Shown here: positions 10,901 through 20,700 of the stretch, piece by piece
Layout of the letters: the number at the start of each line of letters is the position of its first letter
How positions within the stretch are numbered: position 1 is the first letter of the stretch
Assembly: GCF_009834535.1 (NCBI RefSeq)
Contig: NC_045723.1
Location: forward strand, 7,192,001 to 7,256,000
From: Camelus ferus
Lineage: Eukaryota
DNA length: 64,000 nt
Direction: 5' to 3'
The notes under the pieces: generated by a model
What the model was told of the DNA's origin: nothing
The model's input: only the letters and a program-made list of their open reading frames with translations
Databases searched by the model: none
Position numbers and translations under genes: made by a program

Positions 10901-11666
10901 GGGCCTGCATCGGTCGGGGGGAGCCCTGCAGTGATCCAGATAAGTGGGGAGGCCCGTGCAGCAAGGCAGGAGAGCCCTGCCCCCGGCCTGGGTCCCCCTC
11001 CACTCCGTCTGTCTTCTTCCTCAGTGCGAGCAGTTCGTGGAGCGGCACTCGCCCCAGCTGCAGGCCCTAGTGTCCAGGGGCTGGGACGCCCGCACCACCT
11101 GCCAGGTACGCCCACACCTCCCAGCTGGCCCCAGGGCTTTCCTCAGCTCCCAGAGCCCCCCGCCCTCTCCAGTCCATGGGCCTCAGAGGCCCTGCCCCCT
11201 GGGTGCAGGGCAGCCCCAGGAGTGCCAGCCCACCAGTGGGAGGTGCCCTCCCATGTTTTCCTAGAGAAAAGGCAGTCTCAGAGAAGTCAAGAAAAAATCA
11301 CCAAAGAACGAAAAAGGAGGAGTATGGGAAGGAAGGGGGCAGCTTTAAGGAGTGTAATTTGATTCACATCATGGGATGGGGGGTGTACACTGAGCAGTGT
11401 GTGCTTGGTGGGGGGTTACCAGGTGGGGCCAGCATCCCACCTCTCTTTCTAAACCCAGGCCTATGGCTCAGGGAGTGGCCCGAGGGTTCTGTGAGGTCAC
11501 AACAGGAGTGGCAGGTAGAGCCTTCAGGAGGAGCCTCCCGACCCTCTCAGACCTGGGAAGGGAGGATGCATGCCCTCAGGCCCCAATGCTGTCCCTGTGG
11601 CAGGCCCTGGGGGTGTGTGCGACCCTGTTCAGTCCTCTCCAGTGTGTCCTCGGCCCTGACTTCTGA
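4928..11666 (+). CDS. SFTPB: Pulmonary surfactant-associated protein B preproprotein (370 aa, 10 coding exons)
   Basis: Exons traced to GT-AG: 4928-4994, 5343-5470, 5773-5844, 6167-6292, 6854-6994, 7164-7253, 9694-9877, 10026-10186, 11025-11105, 11604-11666 (sum 1113 nt). Signal peptide [15 protein letters not shown], SapA motif [24 protein letters not shown], three saposin-B domains, mature peptide [12 protein letters not shown]...[11 protein letters not shown] starting at 7182. Confidence 0.98.
5124..5236 (+). mobile_element. MIR
   Basis: CCTTATTTCAAAGATGAAGAAG...CCAAGGTCATACAGCTGG MIR core. Confidence 0.6.
5566..5683 (+). repeat. Degenerate pentamer tandem repeat (GGGAT/GGAAT/GGGAC)n in SFTPB intron 2
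   Basis: About 23 degenerate 5-mer units, directly visible. Confidence 0.85.
6440..6660 (+). repeat. CA-rich composite low-complexity tract in SFTPB intron 4
   Basis: Interrupted CACAC/CTCAC motifs. Confidence 0.7.
7500..8650. mobile_element. LINE-2 fragments in SFTPB intron 6
   Basis: GGTCAGGAAGCATCTCAGAGAAGCTGATGGTTAAGCTGAGATCT and GTGAAGTTTGAGATGCCTGTG motifs. Boundaries approximate. Confidence 0.5.
8989..9143 (-). mobile_element. LINE-1 3' end fragment in SFTPB intron 6
   Basis: T-run then GAAGTGTAGTTGATGTACAATATT...TTCCCTGTGCTG, the reverse of an L1 3' terminus. Confidence 0.75.
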
Positions 11667-12743
11667 TGAGAACTCAAAGCCATGCCAGGTGAGTCCAGGC
11701 CCCCAATTGATGGGGGAAGAGGTAGAATGGGTCCTGCTCGCATCAGGAAGGGGGCCCACTCGGTCCCCAAAGCGGGAAGAAGAGGCCACTGCAGCTGGCT
11801 GCTCCATCCCCTGCCCCCAGGCCAAGCTCGAGGCTCCTGAGGGCCCTGGCAGCACCGCCACCAGAATGACCTCTCTCTGCCCCACTCACCCCTCTGCCCA
11901 GAATCCCTGCCACACTCAGCGCCAGGCTCAGCTCCCGGCTCCCTCGCCCGGTCCCAGCCCTCAGGGGAGCTTCCGCACCTCCTCCAGGCTTCCCCTCACA
12001 GCTCACCCTGTGGACCTGCTGATCTCCAGTATTTGATGTGTTCAGACCAAGGCCAGCCTTTCCTGAAACTCGCTGCCCCAAGACACCACCCCATCAGATG
12101 CCAGGAACTCCATCATCACCTGACCCCTCCCTCCTGAGATACCCCCTTTTTCCTCCCCCTGTCATTGGGTCAGAGTAACACCTTAGGATGGAGGGATGGG
12201 CTGGCTGCTGCTGCTGCACCAGGCGCCTTGGGGGAGGGAAGTGCCCCTGAGTACAAACTTGGTCAACTTTGCAATTCTGCCCTGAGCAAGACCCTAACTC
12301 AATAATCATTTATTTCTTCACTCATTATTTTAAAATGTAGTGAGTGCCTTTGGCCAGGCCACATTCCAGGGGCAAGGGCTGGAGCTGTGAATAAAAGTGA
12401 GCCCCCTGCCCTCCTGGAGCTGTCACCCCAGGGCTGCCTAATCCATCTGAGCAGGGAAGGGAAGGGGACCAGCCTGCTCCTGACATCCTCTGGAATCAGA
12501 AGCCCCTGTGGGAGGCGGTGGGGAATAAATGCCTGCCCCACCTCAGACCTTCACCACAGGGACCAGTTTAATGTCATCCTTCCCCAGTGATGCCAGCTGG
12601 TGGGACCTAGGGTTCAGGGTGCTGCCAGGAAGAGCTGGGCCTTCCATCCCTATTGAAACAGGGGGCTCTGGTCCCAACCCTGCCATTGCCTGGCCACGGG
12701 TCCCCAGGCCATGCTGCCCCTCTCTGGCCCCCACTCTCCTTAG

Positions 12744-13645
12744 TGACAAAGGGGGAGCCGGGTGAGGTCATCTTCAGGACTCTCCAGCTCTGCCGCATGA
12801 CAAGGCCCCTCCTCAGGCTCCCTGCCCCTGCCCACACTGAGAAGCCCTCATCTTCCCCACATCTTTTCTTCAAAAGGCCCTGAGGCTGGTGGACCACACA
12901 CCCATGGCTTGTGCACTCACTCCTGGGTCGGCCTGTCTGTCCTGTCTGTAACCACAGCCTGAAACCAGAGCCACTTCCATCCTCTCTGGGTGTGAGTTGA
13001 GGCCAAGGCTGCATCTTCTGGAGGGGGTCTGAGGAGGGGGCTTCCGGCCCAGGGTGCCCTCACACCCCACAGAAGCCAGCTCCCAGAGCGCCCCTATGAC
13101 TGGGCCTAGGGGAACTCATTGCAGGCCCACAGCCTTTCTCCAAGTCCTGGCTCCAAGAGGACAGTGGAGGAGAAGCGGGACCCTGTCTCCCCCAGATCTC
13201 CACGTGCACAAGACACTCGCTTTTACACTTATTTTGCTAACTCACAAAATCCCAAATTCGGAAGAATAAAATAATGGGAACATAAAGAACCAAAACAGAG
13301 AGACATGTGAAGTTCTTGAACGTTTTTAAAAGCCAGGAGGTCCCTGGCATGGTCAAGGGTGAACAGAGCAGTACTCGAGTGTGGTGGAACGAGATTGGGT
13401 AGAATTTCTTATCTGGAATATTCTCCTACTCAAGAGCTGTTGCGTTTTGTTAAGATGTAAAAAGGGGGTTTCTTTTTATCTTTTTGTAAGGTTGAACTCC
13501 CAACTTTCGTTTGAAATGCCAGGCGGACTGGCATTCTGCTGTGACTTACCTCCTCCAAGCTCACTTGGGACCAAGCACACTAGGAACCAGTTCCTGCGTG
13601 ATGCAGTGTCTGCATTGATGCTAACAAAGTGCCATTTCCTTGTCC
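12744..13645 (+). other. SFTPB: SFTPB non-coding last exon (3' UTR)
   Basis: Exon 10 donor at 11689 (GTGAGT), 22 nt after the stop; acceptor CTCTCCTTAG ending at 12743. UTR blocks resemble the human SFTPB 3' UTR (GAAGAATAAAATAATGGGAAC; GTTAAGATGTAAAAAGGGGGTTTC). AATAAA 13265-13270; AACAAA 13623-13628. 3' end approximate. Confidence 0.7.
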
Positions 13646-13899
13646 TAAAGAGAAAGGACACTGCCCCTGGCTCAGACAGCGGTGGTGGAAGCAAGCCATG
13701 TGGGGACCTTAAGGGGACCTTAAGCTTGCACACACAGGACGTGACAGTTCTAAGCAGTGGCCCCCAACTTCTCAGGCAACTGTACCTACTATCAACAGCT
13801 AGGGAGGGTGCAAAGGGACAAAATCATCTGTGCCAATGAAGGACACAGAGAACACAGACTCAGCCCTATGACATTCACTTAATGAAGTTAGTGGTTGAC

Positions 13900-14370
13900 T
13901 CCTGAGTGTCAAGTATTTCCCGAGGGCTGGGCACAAAGGGAACAGTTTCTGTCTGCCCTTTTGGAACTTAGGAGTCTAGTTGAGAGCATAGACATTAATC
14001 AGAGTCACAGAGAAAAAAAAAAAAGGGATACATCAGGTGTGGTGCATGCTATCAACTAGAGATATGCACAGTACTGAGCAGATACGAGAGGTCGGAGAGG
14101 TAAAAGCAGAGAAGGAGGTTAAAGAAGAGAGCACCCCAGGCAGGGGAAGCAGGGGGCACAAAGGAGGGGTGTCTTGTGGCTGAGCCTGGCTTTGAGGCCC
14201 AGGAGAAACATCCCGAGAGGTGAAACTAGAGGCTAAGGATTTCAGTCTTTATCCTAAGAGCCAAGGAAGGGTCTTAAGCGAGAGATCAGGGTGTAGGGGA
14301 GAGTGATATGGTTAGATTTGTGCCCTAAAAGATTACTCTGGCGGAAGTGTGAATGAACCGGGGTCGGGGG
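13900..14370. mobile_element. LINE-2 fragment
   Basis: GTCTGCCCTTTTGGAACTTAGGAGTCTAGT...GATATGGTTAGATTTGTGCCCTAAAAGATTACTCTGGC. Confidence 0.55.
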
Positions 14371-14419
14371 GAGACAAGGGAACGTGGGGGAGAAACTGGC
14401 AGTACCTTAGACTAAAAGG

Positions 14420-15790
14420 ACAGTGGCAGAAGGTCTGTGAAGTCAGATGGATCTTGGAGAATGACTTCAGACATCATAAACTTAATCAGACGCTGACTCC
14501 CATCAAAGCTGTCGTCCCAGACGCAGCTTCCTTACTGGTACAGCTCAGGTTCTGGCACTCAGTATGCCTTGTTCCCAAAGCCATTTATAAAGATTGCCAG
14601 AAGTCACGTGCTTTTACCTGGCAGGGTCAACAGTATACCTTCACATTTTTGCATCAGGACATCAGTTCTCCTACCCTCTACCCTCACATAGTCCACAGAC
14701 ATCTTGATCATCTTGACATTCCCCAAAACACAACAGCAGTCCACCATACTGATGATATCATGATGACTGGATCCAACGAGCAGGAAGAACCAAGTACTTT
14801 AAATGCCTTAGTAAGACGTCAGCAAGCAAGAGGGTGGAATTTAACCCCAACACAATTCAGGGGCCTGTCACCTCAGTGAAGTTTCTGGGGGTCAATGGTC
14901 AAAAGTATATCAATGTATCCCCTCTAAGTTGCTGTACCTCCTATCACCTACCACACACACACACACACGCACACACACACACATGCACACATACACACAC
15001 AGAGGCAGTACAGTGTTTAGTAAGCTTTTTTGGAGACAACATATGCCCCATTTGAGTCTGCTGCTTTGACCTACCTTACGGTCACTAATAGTTGTACAAT
15101 TACTAGTTTCATGGAGACCACCCCCCACGGACTCTCAGAATGCCTTGCCCACCATCAAGACACTGTGCACAGCATTGCATCTGACCCAGGAATTCTTCAC
15201 AGCCAAGCAAGCACAGCAGCGGACTCATGCCTGTAGGATTAACTGGTCTCACCACATACACCATCATCTGGGAGCGGGCAGCCTAACTGAAAGGTGGAGC
15301 GGCTTACTGAAAACAGTTACAGTGCTGTCTGGTGCTCGTTGTATAGGATGCGGTATATGCTTTGAATCAGACCACTGTCTGGTGCTCCCTTCCCCATAGC
15401 CAATATGCATGGGTCTACAAGGCCGGTGGATGTCAGAGGGACTCCTCTATTCCTCCCAATAAACTGCTCACAGAATTTCTGCTTCCTATCCCAGCAACTT
15501 TAAGCCCTGCTGGCCTGGAGATCTTAGTTCCCGGGGGAAGAATGCTTCCATCAGAGGACACAATGGTGCCACTAAATCGAAAATGAGACTGCCACGTGGA
15601 CATTTTGGGCTGCTCATGCTAGTGAACCAGCGGGGGGGGGGGGGGGGCAGGAGTAGGGCAGGGGAACGTAGACCACTTGTCTAAGTGACTGATCCTGACT
15701 ACCGAAGGGAAACCGGGTTGTTCCTGCACAACGGAGGCAAAATGGACTACGTCCAGTCACGGAGGTTAATGGAAAACTACAGCCACCCAG
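14420..15790 (+). mobile_element. ERV-L (class III endogenous retrovirus) pol remnant: reverse transcriptase and integrase fragments, internally deleted and frameshifted
   Basis: Translates to KLNQTLTPIKAVVPD...AFTWQGQQYTF...VHHTDDIMMTG...ARGW...IQGPVTSVKFLG (degenerate YIDD at 14745-14756) and INWSHHIHHHLGAGSLTERWSGLLK (~15238-15310), both ERV-L signatures. Confidence 0.9.
14952..15001 (+). repeat. Interrupted (CA)n microsatellite inside the ERV-L remnant
   Basis: Directly visible. Confidence 0.9.
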
Positions 15791-17357
15791 GAAGTGTGTG
15801 AAGGCGGGGGGGGGGGGGGGGGCGGGGCGCAGCAGGATGAGCAAGGAGCCCCGGCCTTAGAGACTGAACATCTGGTCGCCGTCCCAGGTGCAGCATCTGG
15901 AATAGCTGAGGTTGGAGCTCCGGGCAGAGTGAACAGGGAGGTGGGGGTGGAAGAAAGAAGGGCGGGCATCGCTCACGGCGCGGGGCCCACCTGCGGGAAC
16001 GAGGACTCCAAGCAGCTCTGCTCATTTCCCATTTGCTTGTTTTGTGCACATGGTAGCTCGCAGGTGCTCACCATTTTTTCTCTTCTTCCATTTTTTAGTT
16101 AACTTGTTGGAAGTTAATTTGACAACCTAATATTCAGTGTGACTGTGACTGGATTTGAGGAGCACAGAACCATCACTGGGCACTGGGCTCCTGGGGCTGC
16201 ACATCTCATTTTGAGAAAGGTTTAAAACTTGTTCACTGGTAGGAAGGGCAGCTGTCTCTGTCAGGCATACACAGAGCTGTCTCCTTTGCTGCGGCTGTTG
16301 CTGCGTGGGGTTCACGGGTGTGCAGTACATGTGGCAGCCAGGTCGTCAAAGCGGTGGACTGGGCAGGTCATCAGTTTAGTGCCCCTCAGCTCCAAATTCA
16401 CCCCTTTTGCCTGCTCTGTGAAAACAGATTCGAACCTTTTAGATTTTTTCTTGCCAGCTACGACTGAAGCCCTGTCAGAAGAGGGTGCTAGAGACACACC
16501 GCAGGAAGAAAGGGTTTGCTTCCTGATTCGTGTGCACTCCCTCGAAAGCAGCGTGTGCAGCCTTCTCAGCGTCAGGCTCCCGCCGTGCTCGAAGGCTCCC
16601 CGGCTCCGGGCCCCTGCAGGGCACAGCGGCCCGGCAGCTTCCACAGGCACCGCCGTCCTCCCCAGCATGTGGTAGCAGACTGAGACGCCTCCCCATAAAC
16701 AGCTTTCCTTCATGCACTAGAGAGTAGATTTCCAACAGGTTCCAGCCGTGTTGTGTCCCAGCAGCAAAGGGTGGCAGCCAGAGAGGTGCGTGGCTCCTTC
16801 CTCCCACCAAAAGAACTTGCTACAGTGGAGTGACCGCCATCAGTGGCTGTATCTTCAGATTCCCCACATCCTCAGATCTGCCACAGTGCACAGGCCGAGG
16901 TCACGCTTCCTCCAGGCAGCTCCTAATCTATGACCAAGCTTGCTGAAAAACACTTTGGCCCGATTCTGCTGACAGGCAACCTTTGCTCCTGGTGCCCCAC
17001 GTTCTCAGCACCGCACTGCAGTCAGCTGCTCCTCCTCCCTCCCCTCCATCCCTTCTCCCTCACACAGCCCCACGCCGCGGGCTGAAACCGCCCACCTCGA
17101 GACTTCCAGTTAAACCCAATAGTAATCGACCTTTTAGTCAGATATTTTGTTGCTCTGAGACAAAGGCACTCTAACCGACACACACGCATAGGCTGACAGG
17201 AAGAGACAAACACAAGGTCCACCAGGTGACAGACTATGGGGTAGATAGTCTGTGAAGATTAAAAAAAAAAAAACAAAAAAAAAAAAAACAGCTGCCCTCT
17301 TAGGCAGCAGCCTAAGGGAAGGATATAAAACCAGAGGCTGGTTTAAAAACTGAAATA

Positions 17358-17363
17358 TTTAAT
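17358..17363 (-). terminator. USP39 poly(A) signal ATTAAA
   Basis: TTTAAT on the + strand ~420 nt past the stop, followed on the minus strand by a U-rich tract (A-run 17261-17288 on +). Confidence 0.6.
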
Positions 17364-17784
17364 CCACCCCAAAACACATCAGGAAATGAAGAGAACCACA
17401 GCTAACCCATCTACCTATGATGGACGAAGGGTGTTACTGGCTTCAAGCTCTTATTCCTAGTCCTGAGGCTCTGATGCTTAGAAGAAACGATCTTGTCCCT
17501 CAGACACTCCCAGCTACCCAGAAATAAATTACATACATCTGTAAAAGAGTTCCGGCTAGAAGGGAGCTGGACAGGAAGGAGAAAGGGACATCAGTTTAGA
17601 ATAAACTGATCAAGGAACAGCTGGGTGACAGCAGAGCCATCCTGGGCGGATGGCTCCCCCATGCTCCAGTGTGAACCAGAGCACGTAAGACCTGGCAGCC
17701 TCAAGGGCCGTGCATCAGCCGCGCTCAGGGCTCTTATTTACTTCCTCAGCCGAAGCCCCAGGGAGCAAAGTTCCAGCGCCTCCT

Positions 17785-20700
17785 TCAAGCCCCCTGCTGG
17801 TTGGTTTCATCATTATCTCGCCTCTTCCAGATCTGCAAGAAATGAATACAGATGTTCAGGAGCCGACATTCAATCCACAAACACTCATCAAGCACCTAAA
17901 TCTGTGCCAGGCAGCGAACGGCCTGCCACCCCACTTACACACCCGCCAAACCCTCTGAAACTAATGCAGAATCTTTCAGAAAATTCCCTTCCGCTCAATT
18001 TTCGCTTTTCCATTTACCCTTCTCTTACTTCCCATTCCAAACTCCTTTTCTAAAAAAGGACTCATAGTCAGGCCTATAACTTTAGACAAAATCACTAAGG
18101 AAAGAGCTATCTCTAGAACGAGAGTGTCTCCTTTCTTTTCCCCAAAGCTACGGCGTTTTCTCAGCCTCAGCCTTCCGTCTTTGCGGTCCTAGGGCAGTTA
18201 GGAAGAGAAGGCAGAGGTACTCTGCCCCACAAGCGCTCAATCTGATGGAGAGGACAGCTGAAGTGACACAGTCGGTGCTCCAGGAGAGACGGGCAGACAG
18301 TGCCGTGGGGCCACACGGAGTGCTGACTTTGCTTAGGGAACTGGGGGAAGCTTCAGAGACAAATCCTAGCTGGCAGCCCTGAAGGTTCTGGGCTCTTCTT
18401 CCTCGAAACCAGGCCAAAAACTGACCTGGCTTACCATAAACATAACCTCTGCTCACCCGTTAATCTCCCATGCTTCCCTGCCCTTCTCCTTCTCCCTGAA
18501 AACCACTCCTGGGCTTCCACCACCACGTCACCTGGCCCCACCGCACTCCTCAGCGCATCCTGCAAGGCACCCAACCTGATCCAACCCGACGCCCTGCCTT
18601 CGCCCGCATCGCTCCTGCCGCCGGCCCCGCACGCCATCGCCACATTCATCCCACCCATGGGCAGCCCACCTGAATGTAAGCCTCCGACAGTGTGATCATC
18701 TGGGGAAGGATGTCAGTCACCTGGAGGTCTTGTAACTCGTACCATTTGCCCGTCCCCTGCACAGAGTAAGAAGGGCTGGGTTAGGCTGCTCCCTAAAACC
18801 AAAAGGGTGTAAGAGGGACAGGATCATAACCAAAAGCTAGAAAAGTCAGAACAGCCACCAGACCATCACTCAGCAAGAGCTGCGCACCCAGTAAGAGGGT
18901 TATCACCTCTGCGAGGCATCATTCAATTTAAAGAGCCTTTAGGGTGCGGATCTCAGACTAAATTCCTGTTAAGGACTCCTTGAAGTACAACAGAGTCTCA
19001 AACACTGTACGCCCGTTAAGAAGAATTTAGAAGGATAATAATGAGGAAAAAGAGGAAGCCCTCTGCTCCTCACCTAAGACGCCTCCTCGCTGCTCAGAAG
19101 CGGCAGAGCAGACACACTCACTTAAGGAGACGGGCAGTGCCAGCTAAAAGCGTACACCCACCCCCGGCCCCAGAGAACACAGCAAGAGTCGGTCAAGAAG
19201 AAGCGCCCTCAGTGGACATTGTCCATCATACCAACCTGCTTCCTCTGGCCTGAAATCCCAGCGCTGCAAACACAGCAAAATCTACCTCAGTCCTACTTCC
19301 ACACACGGGGGGGAGAGGTCTCCGGACTACGGCAGAGACACTTCCAGGAGTCCACCTGCCTCAACCACCCCAACTCCTAAGAAATGCCAAAGACAGATGT
19401 ATTCCAGACATTCCGGATATGCCCGTAGTTCAGAGGGGAAACATGACCGAAGCTCAGCACCACATGAAGGACCAGTTAAGAACACGGTGAAAGCGAGTCT
19501 CTAGGTTGAAATCCCAATTCTACTGACTTCAGATAAATCACTCACACTCTGAGCCCAGGTTCCTCATTTGAAACTAGACAGTATTAACACCCGTCTCGGA
19601 AATGTGTTTTAAGGCTACAAATGAGATGAACGTACATTAAGCACCTGGTGTACTGTGTCCAGCACACAGCAAAGTACTTGAGAGACAGCAGCTAGTTATT
19701 ATTAAACCCACAGTTCCAGAAAAGTCATCAAATTAGAACCACCTGTGCTAGTAACCTGCGTGATACCAAATATATCTTAAGCACGTGTTTCATCCATTTT
19801 CAGCTTGAGGCAAGTTCACAAAATTTTTTTTAGCAATGAGGGAACCTCTACACAAACGTTCTGTAAACTTTAACTTCATACCAATCAGAGGGTCTCATTA
19901 AAACGCAGACTCTGATTCAGGAGGGCTGGGCGGGGTCTGAGATGCTGAGTTCTGGTGAGTCTGATGTTCACGCTGCTGGTCCAGGGGTTCCAGCTGAGGT
20001 GGAAAGGCTCGAGTCTAGGACAGGGCTTCTCAGCCCTGGCTGCATACTGGGAACCCCTGGGAACTTCAAAAATCAGGATGCCTGGTTCCCACTTCCAGAC
20101 AATCTAACAGAGTCTTAACTCTGACTGACATTTTGGGCCAGAAAATTCTTTGTTGCAGGGCCTGCCTGTGCATTTTAAGATACTCAGCAGCATCCTGGCC
20201 TCTACCTCAGTTGAAAACCAACAGGCACAAATTACACTGTTGTCATGTAATTGAGCTGGGGTGGCCCAGGCATCAGGAGTCTAAAATCTGCCCGCCAGGT
20301 TAGTCCAACGTGCAGCCGAAACTGCAGAGCCACTGCCTAAACCACCCACTGGCAGCTCCAGCACCTGCAGGGTCCCACAGTCAAGGACAAGGAAGGGCAA
20401 ACTGAAAGAAGCTGCCCCCTGAAATGCCAAAGGAGCAACGCCTGCTTCCGCCACCACGCCACACGGCGCCAGCCCCACTCACGTGGTGCAGCACGTGGAT
20501 GCGGTAGGAGCCCTCGGCCGGCTTGCCGTCGTGCACGATGTTGGCGATGAGGTCGTAGGTGGTGTTCTCGTGCACCGCCTGCACCTCCTCGGACAGGTAC
20601 TCTCTCAGATCCACGTTGCTGTGCGGATGGAGATACAGTGAAGGTCAGACAAAGGCTATGAGGCTGGCCTTTGTGTAGAGGGTAACTGTGCTCCACAAGC

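Noticed and set aside
11176-12036. 286-aa ORF across SFTPB exon 10
   Set aside because: It reads through introns in a different frame from SP-B, has no recognisable domain and reflects GC-rich composition.
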